Assembly (NCBI GenBank): GCA_973851085.1
Contig: OZ316775.1
Coordinates: 4,712,001-4,776,000 of the forward strand
From: Ptychomitrium polyphyllum
Lineage: Eukaryota
Length of the DNA: 64,000 nt
Reading direction: 5' to 3'
Shown: positions 36,964-49,700 of the stretch, piece after piece
Layout: each line of letters starts with the position of its first letter
Numbering within the stretch: position 1 is the stretch's first letter
Translations under genes and position numbers: made by a program
Notes under the pieces: generated by a model
Databases searched by the model: none
The model's input: the letters and a program-made list of their open reading frames with translations, nothing else
What the model was told of the DNA's origin: nothing

Positions 36964-39900
36964 CTTTATGGACAGCTACTACGTTATAGATGTTATGGCC
37001 ATTCTCCATTTAGAATATGGTGCCATCATCACCTTTATTTTCAATTCCAAATGTCCAGCTTATACTTGCCCAATTTTTAAAAAGATGGAAATGGCAGCCT
37101 TAGGAAGGTCAAGCATATGGATTCCATATAAGCACTCCTATTATATTTTCAGGTATTAAAGTAAGTTAACGTACACCACCCATTTCTTCATGCATAGCTT
37201 TGTTTCTAGCTATTCTGAAGTGATTCAAGTACTTGACCTTTGTAATATTATGCACGCTCAAAATTTAAATGTTATAGTGCTTTAAAAATCTTTCTATTAT
37301 TTTTTACCTTATATTGTTTTTCTTTTTGCAATTAAATGTAAGGTTTAAATGCTCTTACAAGCATGGGCTTCAATTTATAATTGCCTTTGCCAACAACTAA
37401 AATGGAAATATATTCACAATTTTACGTCTTTTTTTTTTTGCCATCTTCATTTTTTCTTCTTATGACATAATTTCTTACTAATTTGTCTATATTCTTCAAA
37501 TTTTTGGAAGTACAATTTGAAAAATTTGGTTGGTTTCAACCTATTGCCATTAAAGACTTACATTTTAATGCGCACTGCTCACATCTCATGGCTCACTACT
37601 TATTACTTACCGCTCATTGCTCACATCATAATTACATTTATGCATCTTCATTAACATCTTTATTATTTTCAAGTAATATTGGAAAATTTAAAATATTTAT
37701 TTATTTTTAGCTAATAGAAAATGCCACAAATACATAATGTATTATTATTACAAGTTAAATAGTATATTTGAAATATAATTGTAATCAAATAATAGTATAT
37801 AAATAGATTTATTGTTTAACACTAGTAGATGATGTAAGTTTATATATTTTAAGAAAACTTTATTAAAAAAATGAATGTACATAGTCTTTCATATTTTTTG
37901 TAATTTGATTAAGTTGAACTTATCTATAGAAATAAGCAATTTATCATCTATAAAATAATTATAATATATAGCATGTGCTTATGTCATTGAGTATTTTTAA
38001 TTATTAAGTATTTTTATTTTAATTAGATAAGTTTTTGAAATATTTAATCTTGTTTAGTTTTTATACAATTTTATTTCTTTTTTGAAATTAATCTAATTAA
38101 GTTTAATTTTTATTTTATTAATTATTAATGAATGAAAACCATTGCATTGAAAGAATGAAAAAAAACAATATGATAAAATAAAACCAATTTCAATGTGTAT
38201 TCTGTGAAATTACAATGGTAAATCTTTTTTAATACCAATGAAATTTTATTTAGTGAAGAGTGTACGTTTAAAAATACAATTGTTTGTTTATTTTTTTATA
38301 ATTACGAATAATTTGGATTGTATGAAATATATAGAATATTAAAAAAATACTTCATATTCTAATAACATCTTTAACTTGTGATAATTGGAATTTTTATCAT
38401 TAAAAAAAACATCCATGTTAGTGAAATTATTAAGAATATTGACTTTTATTTTAAATGTTAAAATAACATTTTGAACTTGAAGTAAAGTAATTTTCTACAA
38501 ATTTTGCCTTTATTACTATGTTGCAAAATTCTATATTATTTTTTAATTTCTCCATTCTACTTGTTGATATGAAATGCCATATTAATGTGATCAATTTAAT
38601 CTAATAAATTCACTTTAAAATTCCGTAATTAAAGCATTCATTAAATTCATATCAATTTTTTTAACCTTAAGGATCATGAAGTAAAAAGTGAGCTTTTGTA
38701 ATGATTTTTTTATGTACATTCAATTGAAGTAGAATAGGCTTTTAGTCAAATATAAGAGTTTTGTAATTCAAAGATAGGTTTCTAATAAATACCATGTTCA
38801 TTAGAATGGAAAATTTTGAAATTCAAAATAATCTTTAGAATGAAGTAGATTAAAAAGGGGTTAAATTTTTGAAAGATGATTGTTATGTTTTTGGAAGTTA
38901 TGTAATAAGTTTCTTGCTAATTGATGAGTCACAATAGCCAAAAGTGCTTAACTTCTAAATTTAAATAAATTTTCATCATAATTTTGAAATTGTTTTTTTT
39001 ATTCTTTTATAATGAATATAGTATTGATACAAATTATTTCATTTGGTTCCAAATTGTAGATCAAATTTATTAATTTTTTTTATTAACAAAAAATGTGTAG
39101 AATTTGAACAATTTTGACAATAATATTGTATTATTAGATTCTTAATTCAAAACTTAAGAAAAAAATTGGTAATCATTAATCTTTAAGTGTACAAACTGTA
39201 AACAACTTGAATGGGTTTAAAAGTCATCTAAATGCCCAGTGCAATTTCTACTCAATTGTGATGACTTTCCATTCAAAATTGAAAAAGATTAAATTGAATT
39301 AATCAATTTCTTTTAAATAATAAAATGATCTAAAAATTGCAAATATTTTAAACAAAACTCTATAATTCTCCAACAAAATGTTTAATAATCTTACTCATCT
39401 TTCATTGAATGTTTATAAATATTCAATATATAGACTAATTAATAAATACTTAATTCATCTATATACTTTAATTTTCCAAAAAAATTATAACATCAAAGTC
39501 ATAGCATTTATATTCAAAGATTAATGATATATGATTAGAATTGCTCATTTTAATTCTTCCATGAATAAATTATTATAGCTCTTTGTTTAAAGATATCATG
39601 TAAATTCAATCCATGCAAAACAAGAAAAGATGGTAGTTTTAATATTTGTTTAATTAAGCATTTTTCCTATATTATTTTCTTCCTTTTGTAATTTTCAAAG
39701 CACTGGTGCTCAAGAGTATTGAATTATTTTTATTCTCACGTCATTTTATTTTATTTTAATTTAAAACTTGAAATAAAATTCAAATTAAAGCTCAAGTTTG
39801 AAATTATTAGTCAACATCATTGTTGCCACTCGACTAATTCCTAATTTCCCATTTGGAACAAAATGTTCATTTTATATTTCATTGGACTTCTGAATGAATC

Positions 39901-40852
39901 ACTAGAAATTTTAAAAGGGACTATGTTGTGTATCAATGAAACGAAGGAAGTTTACTCAACAATAGTAGGTCATCCAGATGCACATTGGAAACCATTATTA
40001 ATGTTTAGTTAAGAGTGGTATTCCAAATTAAAGCTTAAGCACCAAAGTGTTAACAACCTCTCATTATGGCAATCACTTACTTGTATAAACCATACACCAT
40101 AAGCGAAACACTGATTTGTAGTTAACTAATTCAAGAAACAAAAGCTGAAAACACTGAAAAGCTATTAGGCCAAGAAAATGACGCAAAATCGTCACCAATT
40201 CGTTGGCACATAAGCGAACAGTAAGTAAAAGGGCGAACTGAAAACGTACAAAAATGATAACTTCCTACAAAAGTATTTTTCATCCAAAACGTACCAAATG
40301 CATCGAAATTACTGACACTCATCCAAAGTTGGCTAGTTTCATTCATACAGGTCAAGTGGACAAATGTTGTTTGAAAATTCCAAATGCAGGGCTCTAATTG
40401 AATATACGTTAAGGACTGCCCGAACCTGCCCTGACACAGAGTATTGACGAGTTCGTCAATATGCGAAGCCTAAGAGACCACGAAGGAGAACTCGGCTGAG
40501 CGGGAAGTCGTCGAAGGAACACAGCGCGAGAAAACAACGAAGTGCCAAAAGGAGAGAGGCCAGGCTTATCCACAGTCGACGACGAGGAGCCAGGATATTA
40601 CATTCAAAGGCGAAAAAGGGAAGGGGTACTGGAGACGTCCTCGACGGCCATCCGATGCGAGCACTGGATAAGGCGCCATCTCCACCATAGCCACCGCGCA
40701 GCCCTCCACCCCTCGTCCCCGGCGCTGTGCCCTCTAGATCACCATTCCCCAATTCCACACTCTGTGCCATCCATCCACTGCGTTTTAATTGGGACACAAC
40801 CAATTCATCACTCGGCTCCAAGTGTAGATTCCGCTGGGGCGTTCGCGTAGCA

Positions 40853-42141
40853 ATGGCGGCCTCCATCGCCTGCGGTTCGTCGCTCAAGATGGCCACCTTC
40901 GAGGGGCTGTCTGCTCGCTCGCTCGGCCTGCGCGGCGCTGAGCCCGTGGGCTCCGTGGACATGCTGGCCGGGGAGAGCGTTGCCAGGCGGGAGGGGCGCG
41001 GGAGCTCCGTGGTCACCGCTGGGTTGAAGGACCTGCGGGACCGAATTGCCACTGTGAAGAACACGCAGAAGATCACCGACGCCATGAAGCTCGTGGCCGC
41101 CGCGAAGGTGCGTCGCGCGCAGGAGGCTGTCGTCAATGGGCGGCCGTTCTCGGAGAATCTCGTCAAGGTGCTGTTCAATGTCAACGAGCAGCTGGCTACC
41201 GAGGACATCGACATTCCCCTGACCAATGTGAGTGTCGTCGTGTTTGTTGGTTGTGGCCGTGGCTTTGCGTGATCGGGGGTGTGGGAGGGGAATGTGTGCG
41301 GGGATTGGGGCTCTGTGTGGATGAATCGGGGCGGAGGTCGGAGGGGTTCTGATGGTGGCTCTGGGGGCGAGTGGTTCAGGTGAGGCCGGTGAAGAAGATC
41401 GCCCTGGTGGTGATCACCGGAGACAGGGGGCTGTGCGGTGGTTTCAACAACTACGTGCTGAAGAAGGCCGAGGAGAGGATGAAGGAGCTCCGCAACATCG
41501 GAGTGGAGTATACGGTAGTGAGTATCGGGAAGAAGGGGAACAGTTACTTCAAGAGGAGGCCTCAGATCCCAGTGGACAAGTTCCTGGACGCCGGCAACGC
41601 CCCCACCACCAAGGAAGCGCAGGCCATCGCCGACGAGCTGTTTTCCCTGTTCGTGTCCGAGGAGGTGGACAAGGTGGAGCTGCTGTACACCCGGTTCGTG
41701 TCGCTCATCAAGGCGGACCCCATCATCCACACCCTGCTGCCCCTGTCCCCCGCGGGCGAGGTGTGCGACGTGAACGGAGCGTGCGTGGACGCGGCCGACG
41801 ACGAGATGTTCAGGCTGACCACCAAGGACGGCAAGTTCTCGGTGGAGAGGGAGACGGTGAGGACGGAGACCCCGGAATTCACCGGCGTGCTGACGTTCGA
41901 GCAGGAGCCCGTGCAGATCCTGGATGCGTTGCTGCCCCTGTACCTGAACAGCCAGCTGCTGAGAGCCCTGCAGGAGTCCATCGCCAGCGAGCTGGCCGCC
42001 CGAATGAACGCCATGAACAACGCATCCGACAATGCGGCCGACCTGAAGAAGTCCCTGTCCGTCTCGTACAACAGGCAACGCCAAGCCAAGATCACGGGGG
42101 AGATCCTGGAGATCGTGGCAGGATCCACAGTGACAATCTAG
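40853..42141 (+). CDS. ATPC: Chloroplast ATP synthase CF1 gamma subunit (nuclear-encoded, transit peptide)
   Basis: Exons 40853-41227 and 41380-42141 (phase 0, GT-AG). [40 protein letters not shown], redox pair [11 protein letters not shown]-terminal [19 protein letters not shown]. Confidence 0.98.
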
Positions 42142-43319
42142 GGTACTCGTCGACCATCCATCGTGCGTGGCCGCTGATTGGTTTGGCGAGAGCCGGTAGC
42201 GTTTAGTTTCTGTACACTAGGTGGGGAAGAGAAGTGATTTTAGAGCGGGCCCTGGCGAAGAGCGGAATGTTACTCGTGAGAAGCGACACTCTTCCTCCGT
42301 CGATCATTGTCTTTAGATCACTGCAATTTCATCAACGCCGAGCTTCTTGATAGCCACCAATAATTTTGAGTATTTTTATTCTCTCTGTATCAATCATGCG
42401 CTGTTGTGTTTCCATCTTGGGCTGGGGACTCGGAGCAGAGGCACCTCCAGAGACTTGTCTGGTTGACATCCGCAGAAAGAGTAATAACAAATTTGCCGAA
42501 TTCTCCTTTTCCATGATACTGCTCTATCGTTTTGGCGTCTGTCATAATTCACTACAATCTCAGTCTTCTTGGTGTCGAATTGTAGTGTGTTGTATTTTTC
42601 ACTTATTCGTACATGCGATTCAGCTTCTGTATTTGAATATTAGCTGAACATAGACAACATTCATCTCAGCTCATGCTAACGACTTTTCTGGTGAGGCGAT
42701 TACTTTTCCCTTGTGGATGCTTGAGATGACCGTCTTTGCGACACGGATTGGTCTTGTATGATACTTAAATCTGGTGATCATACGTTTTAAGGCTTTTAAG
42801 ATGAAGAGTACTTAAAAGTAAGGTTGGATGATTGTATGCACAGCGACCGACATTTCAGTACGCTGTTGAGATCTTTGAGTGCTGGATAATCGAGGACGCG
42901 TATATGGATGTGGACTAATGGCCAAAGTTATATCCAAATATTACTTCTTTCATGTGGAGAAAATGCTAGAAAACGAAATTTGGCAGAGGATCAGAGAATG
43001 TATCTGCACCTCAGGCTCATCGCTTCTCTTGATGCTGCTCGGAACTGAAGGTGCCCATGTTGGATAACGTCTCCGCCATTCTCGACATAGTGATTATAGA
43101 TTTCCACGATGAAGACTCTGTAAAATCTCAGATGTTAAACAAAAGTGAACCTAGCAGAGGAACAGAAAATGAAACCAGAATTTGCACGAACACTCGAACT
43201 GACTATAGAGCCATCTCAAACGCACAGCAACGTACTGTATTCTGTTTAAACACGATACAAGTCACATGGTCACTCTCCTGTAACGTTGCTTGCCAATGAA
43301 GTTTGAGAACACCAGTTTG

Positions 43320-43750
43320 TAAGATCCTCAACAAAGTCGTCTTTCCTACAATCCACGAACACCACTCTACCCCATCAACATAGCACGTCATGGATACCCC
43401 CGTTACGTTCTACAGTCTAGCCACAACTACTCGTCCTCAGTAAAACCCTAAACCCATGCCCCACTCGCCATAAACTCATCACAAATCCCACGAGCTGATA
43501 CAACCAAAGACGACTACAGACACAGCAACGTCGACGAACGCTACAAATCAGACAGTTGAGCGAAGCGAAACCCACCGGCTCCATTAGCACCGATGAGGAG
43601 ACACCGAGCGCCCCGCTTGAGCTTGAGCGAGAACTTGCTTATGAACGGCGCTTGACCCCCGTACGCGAATTCCAAATCCGAAACCTCGACTACGTTCTCC
43701 TCTGCATCTCCAGCATTGCCCATAGCAACAGAACTCTCGCGATGCGTTTC
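43320..43750 (-). pseudogene. Inverted partial duplicate of the ABCI gene (5' UTR edge, exon 1, intron 1, start of exon 2)
   Basis: Reverse complement of 44567-44997; after GKTTLLRIL it runs into unrelated sequence and stops at 43203. Confidence 0.9.
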
Positions 43751-44063
43751 ACCACTGTGTCACAGCAGTGATCTCACACCTGAACGAAGTTCAACATTCT
43801 TCCTCCGCAAACTTCGGCACAATGTTAATCTGTCTTAACTCATCAGATTCAGATCCTGTAAACGTTTTTAGATTCCTGCGCAAATGATTAATCCGCACAC
43901 AGATTCAGATTTCCCCTGCAGCGGTCGATCGCTGACAACTCCGATCGCATCATCCCTGAAGTGTCTATTCATTCTGGGGTTGCTGTTTGGATTTCCTTTG
44001 GAGAGAGGTCCCGCGCATGCGAGCTCCCCTGAAGCAAGGGATCCTTTCCGTGCACCTCCCTAG

Positions 44064-44071
44064 TTTATATA
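44064..44071 (-). promoter_or_regulatory. Candidate TATA box (TATATAAA) facing the inverted ABCI copy
   Basis: Motif match only, about 340 bp upstream of the minus-strand ATG at 43723. Confidence 0.35.
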
Positions 44072-44593
44072 CTCTAACACTACAAGATAAGAATCAGATC
44101 ATCAAGGATTGTAGATTTCTCCTTCGGAATTCTTCATAGTTTGGAACTTTGAGATCTGTCCGATTTATAGATTTGAATTCATGTCGTAGCGCGGGGTCAA
44201 AGGCGACGAATTCCGACGGGAGTGACGACCGCGCCCGTCGTCAGTCGAGGGGTTGGGTAGGACCAAAACGAAGGACGGCCCCACAAGGGCATGGCGAGGG
44301 TGCATGGTGTCTCGCGCACCACGTCCCTGGTTGCACTTTCGTCGTCTACTTCGATCGCAAACAATGCTAAGTTAGTCCAAGTGCACTCCATGTGGGTGCG
44401 ATCACAGTGTACGCGATCGCCTGGCAAGTTGCCTTTTCCTGTGCACAATCCGGATTCATAAGCAGTGGAGAGAACCGTTCTTGGTACTTCATGTTTGTGT
44501 CCGTGTTTGCAGAGGAACGTGGCTGGATTTTGGGTGAGGTGAGAGTAGGGCGTTTCATACATTGCAGAAACGTGTCGCGAGAGTTTTGTTGCT

Positions 44594-46782
44594 ATGGGCA
44601 ATGCTGGAGATGCAGAGGAGAACGTAGTCGAGGTTTCGGATTTGGAATTCGCGTACGGGGGTCAAGCGCCGTTCATAAGCAAGTTCTCGCTCAAGCTCAA
44701 GCGGGGCGCTCGGTGTCTCCTCATCGGTGCTAATGGAGCCGGTGGGTTTCGCTTCGCTCAACTGTCTGATTTGTAGCGTTCGTCGACGTTGCTGTGTCTG
44801 TAGTCGTCTTTGGTTGTATCAGCTCGTGGGATTTGTGATGAGTTTATGGCGAGTGGGGCATGGGTTTAGGGTTTTACTGAGGACGAGTAGTTGTGGCTAG
44901 ACTGTAGAACGTAACGGGGGTATCCATGACGTGCTATGTTGATGGGGTAGAGTGGTGTTCGTGGATTGTAGGAAAGACGACTTTGTTGAGGATTTTAGCT
45001 GGCAAGCACATGGTGGGAGGCAAGAATGTGGTGCGTGTCTTGGGTCGCTCTGCGTTTCATGATACCGCTCTCACTTGCTCGGGTCAGCTGGCTTACTTGG
45101 GCGGATCTTGGAGCCGGACTGTCGGCTGTGCTGTAAGTACTTCCTGAATTTTGCACGAAGCAGATCCTTCTGCGTAACCTCGTGAAAGGAGTAGGCTGAT
45201 TTAGAGCTGATCCTGGTTGTTCTAAGCGATAGGTTTATGGATGCCATGTTCAGGGTGTGCAGTTGGAATGGGCTGACCTGCGGTTTAAAATTCAGTTTCA
45301 GGTTGAAATTTTGGAATTTAATCAGGAAGCATGCACTTGCGTTTAATTCACCAGTGCTTTTGTGTGTTATTATAGGGTGAGATCCCTCTGCAAGGTGACT
45401 TCTCTGCTGAGCACATGATTTTTGGAGGTAGATTAATCTACTCTGTACTTTTATATTAGAACTCTGGACGCACATTTCACAAATCTGTCGCTAGCCTCTT
45501 GTCCTTTCAATTGCCTATCTAAATTTTATAAAACTTCATCTGTTACTTTCAGTGTGCACTTTCAATGAATATGCCATGAAGACTTCAACATTGACCAGTT
45601 ACTGTAGTTGCCTTCAAGGTCTCTAAGATCGCCTTGAGTTCAGTTGGTGTATAGCGTACAAGCTACTGACGTCTCAATTTTTTGGGTTCACCATAGGCAT
45701 CTCAAGTAGAATTTGTTGTTTAGGTAGTGGCATATAAAAATTGTGGAACTTGGTGATGGCAGTGGACAACGTAGACAAGGCAAGACGAGCCCGCCTGATT
45801 GAACTTCTAGATATTGATCTTCGCTGGCGTATGCACAAAGTTTCTGACGGACAGCGCCGTCGAGTGCAGATTTGCATGGGTCTGCTGCAACCATTCCAGG
45901 TCTGCTGCTGCTCGCATAGCTTGGTGTTAGTTATCCACTCGTCTCCGTTTTAACACAAAGATATTGGTCTATTTGTATTGTCTCTGGTCATAGGCTGCTC
46001 TGTCGTAATCATTTATGATTGCAAAACTAGCACTGGAAAGGATCAAAGTTATTGGAGAATTCGGAACGTACTGTGACGTAGAAAACAATAGGAATGTGGT
46101 TCTAGAGCGGATCTGATCTTGTTGAATTCATCGAAGCAATAAGCTAGCATGTCTGAGCAGTTTGATGGATGCTTGGCAGGTTTTATTATTGGATGAGATC
46201 ACCGTGGATCTCGATGTTGTTGCTCGCATGGACTTGCTTTCTTTCTTCGTTGATGAATGTGAAGAGGTGCGTCATCTCAAATATCATTTCGGTTTTCTTA
46301 TATGCAGCCATTGTGCTAACAATCATTGTCACAGTCTTGAACATCAGTTCAAGCAGCGGTCACTCATTTCCACCCCTGTCAATCTCTTTCAGGAATTATA
46401 GTAGGCATCTATGTTATAGATTTTTGACAATTTGAGATTTGAGTCCGCTGCTCAATTATCATTATTTCTCTTTGATTTGCAGAGAGGTGCTACGCTGATC
46501 TACGCTACCCATATTTTTGATGGTTTAGAAACTTGGGCAACAGACATAGCATATGTAGAGGATGGAAAGTTAAAGAGGGCTCAACCTATCAAGGAGCTTC
46601 CAGAGTTGTTACCTCCTAGTCAGGCTAAAAATTTGATTAAAGTAGTGGAGCCCTGGCTCAGAACCGAGCGAGACGAAAGGGAAAAAAAAGGTCCAAATAC
46701 TGAGGTAAAATTGGATAGAGTTACACGGCCTGCTGATGTGTCTCCATTCACATCCAGCCGCCAAATGGCGTATTACAGATGA
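44594..46782 (+). CDS. Soluble ABC ATPase of the ABCI19/20/21 (yeast Caf16-like) type
   Basis: Exons 44594-44741, 44972-45132, 45376-45427, 45763-45899, 46180-46266, 46483-46782, all phase-consistent. Walker A GANGAGKTT, signature [11 protein letters not shown], Walker [13 protein letters not shown]-loop YATHIFDG, C-terminal SSRQMAYYR. Confidence 0.95.
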
Positions 46783-49700
46783 TCCTTTTCTAGGTTCGGA
46801 TCACTAAGTCCGTCCTCCCCACTCTTTCAGCAATATCTCGTCTAGACGATCTGAATGTAGGAAAGGTTATTATTAGAGGCATAATACTGTTATAACAAGG
46901 GTTAGGTACATTCTTCAAAGGTATTCGATAGGCTTGAGACTGATCATAATAGCAGAAACCAACATCTTGGCTTCATTGTTGAAGAAAGGGATTATTGTTT
47001 GGCTCTCGACAACACCAAGTTACTCTAGATTAGGTCGCGAAAGGTACTTCAGAGGTAGCAGAATGAAACTGATGGTAAGTTCATTGCTTTAACCATAACA
47101 CTAAGTTAGTTTGTTGTACAATGAGTAGGATGGTTTCTGTTGTGCTCTTGCCAGTGGCATTATTTTTGGGAATGAAATTTGAATCTAGAACCACAGTGAA
47201 TTTTGTACACTGCATCCTATGTGCCCTGTTTCATTTTTTCTATGTGCAAATCTATTTTACTGTGTAAGTGAAAAGTACTAGTTGAGTGCAAAGATTGAGG
47301 TGTTGAATTATATGTACATGTGGTTGGTCAGTCTATTCTACTTCTGTTGTAGTACTTCATGCTGAACCTTAAACCTCAAGGTGAGGCAGTCAAATTTTTG
47401 ATGACATCTGGTCATGGCCAGGTCCTGAATTGTACCTTCATGTATTGTGGTCCACACATAATTGCACAAATCTAGAGTAGTCTTATCTTGTGCTGAGGAA
47501 TCAACCCCATTGGAACATGCATGCTGGATATGTACTATGTAAAGGCAATGGAACAGCACAGGGAGTTTCATGTTTTCAAGAAAATTCTGCTATGGAAATG
47601 AGTTACTGGAAGGAATTCCAAGATAATATTGTACTATACAAATGAAGGGATGGGACTGACCAAGTAACAAGAAACTGACATCACCTTTGGCTTATTGCTT
47701 CTGTATTAGTTTGTGTCCTTGAACTGGCCAAAACTTATTCATCTTGGAGTGATTGTTTCCATGCATTTTGGGCGTTGGCCCAATTACTGATTGTTAATAA
47801 TGAGATAGTTCTTGGCCTGAATAGATGGTTCATACTGTAGTCCATGAATATTGTACAAAGTCATCAGATGTAGGCCACAAAATAAGCACCTATCTTTGAT
47901 TGTCACACACATGTACTGCAACTTCTGTATGAATAGGAGCTTAATTATTTTGTTACAGGAGCACCCAAATAAACTGTGGTGAGTCTGCTGACTTGCTCTG
48001 GCTTTTCCCTACATTCACTGCTGGTTGTGCAAGCTGAACAAAAATATAGTTACATCTGCCAAAAACTAATAACTTTGATTCATCATCTGATCTTTATCCT
48101 ACCTTGTTATTGAGCAGTTTAGAGTTCATTCTAAGTATTTCTAAAAGTGCAGAGTGTAAATTATGCAATGCACATCATTGTTACTGGATTGACAAATTAT
48201 AGAACACATACATATACCCATTCACAGAACAGAACCAAAGTTTACATCCCTGCTCTGTAGTCCATGAGGGGTCAAAATAAGTGTGCTATGTGATAGAGCT
48301 TCCCTCGTCAATGGTTGGTAATACAGAAATGTCATCAAAAGAGTCATGCAAGAGTTGCAAACAAAAGACTTTCAATGAACGTTCAACTACCTATATGTAT
48401 ATGACATTGTAGACTAGCAAACTTTAGAAGTTTTGATATTGTGAAAAGTGGGTTTTATACAAGGCCTAGGAGCCAAATTTCACAATGACAAGAAGCTATG
48501 TTTTTAGATAATAGAAATTGATAATCACATATTTATACCCTTGTAGAGAAGATAGTTATAGATAAAAAGTAAATAACAAGATTTGCACAAGATTATAAAT
48601 ATAATTAGATGAATGTTGGATGTCCAATATAAATACATATAGTACAAATAAGGTGAAGAATGAGCTCTTACAACATGATTTTTTTATTTAGAGCCACTTT
48701 GAATATAAAGCCAAGGCCTTATTGAGGCCAAGGAATGATTGACTTTATATTTTTTATTATTGGAAAAGTTGAAAATTATTCCATTCATTAGATGAAGATT
48801 TAAGGCCATTTTGCAATTTGGACTAAATTATTAACCTTGTGGTGTATATTGAAGAATATGACTTGAATTTTAAAAAGAAAAGTTTTTTCTTGTATATTCT
48901 TCTCAATGTCATCTTTAGCAATTTAGACCTTCATTCCATTTTCTATCATAATTCTATCAATTTTATAAATTTAATGAAGTTTTTATAATATTTATTTGTA
49001 TATAATCATCATTGTGCATCTTTTATAATAATAATGGATTAATTTTGCAACTTGCTAAATTTTTTAGGCCAATCAAAAATATTACATATTATAATTTATA
49101 ACTTGAAAGATGCATTGTAATGCCAATCTTATATCAATGACTTTGGTTTGAAGACAGTTTCTTGCATTCTTGGCTAACTTGGATAATACAATAGATATAA
49201 CCAATTTATGGAGTTTTGGATTTTCTTTGTGGCTATTCTTTATTATTGTTAAAATTATTCTCTTCTCCTTCTTACAATATATCTTCTTAAATGCTTCTTT
49301 TGGTGTTTAAGTACTTTGTTTATTTTGCTTCATATATACAACTTTTAACACTAAATGTGTTTTTATTTAAATTATTGTCTTTCAAATAAGATTGTTGTAG
49401 GTTGTCACAAATTTCAAATGAGTCTTTTACATCTTTAAAATTATCTAAATCAGAATAATCTATTCCATTTGGAATTGATTATATTGGACCATTTTCATTT
49501 GGAACTGATTTGAATGTTGATTGATGTCATAATATATTTTGCTATAATAGAATAATACATATTTATTATTTTAAATAATATCAACATTTTAGAACAAAAT
49601 GCCATTGCTCACATTATCTATGCATGTAATTTTTGAAGAATTATGCCTCTTTCAAGCTCAATGTTGACTCACATATTTTTTTATTTATTCTTTTTACCTT

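Noticed and set aside
37200..40100. Very AT-rich tract as a possible decayed DNA transposon or Helitron
   Set aside because: No termini or translatable domain could be identified by eye.
40456..42206. Long antisense (542 aa) and alternate-frame (284 aa, 188 aa) ORFs over ATPC
   Set aside because: Expected shadows of very high GC3 coding sequence; no recognisable domains.
43443..43452. AAACCCTAAA telomere-like motif
   Set aside because: Single telo-box-like unit within the duplicated intron, not a telomeric array.
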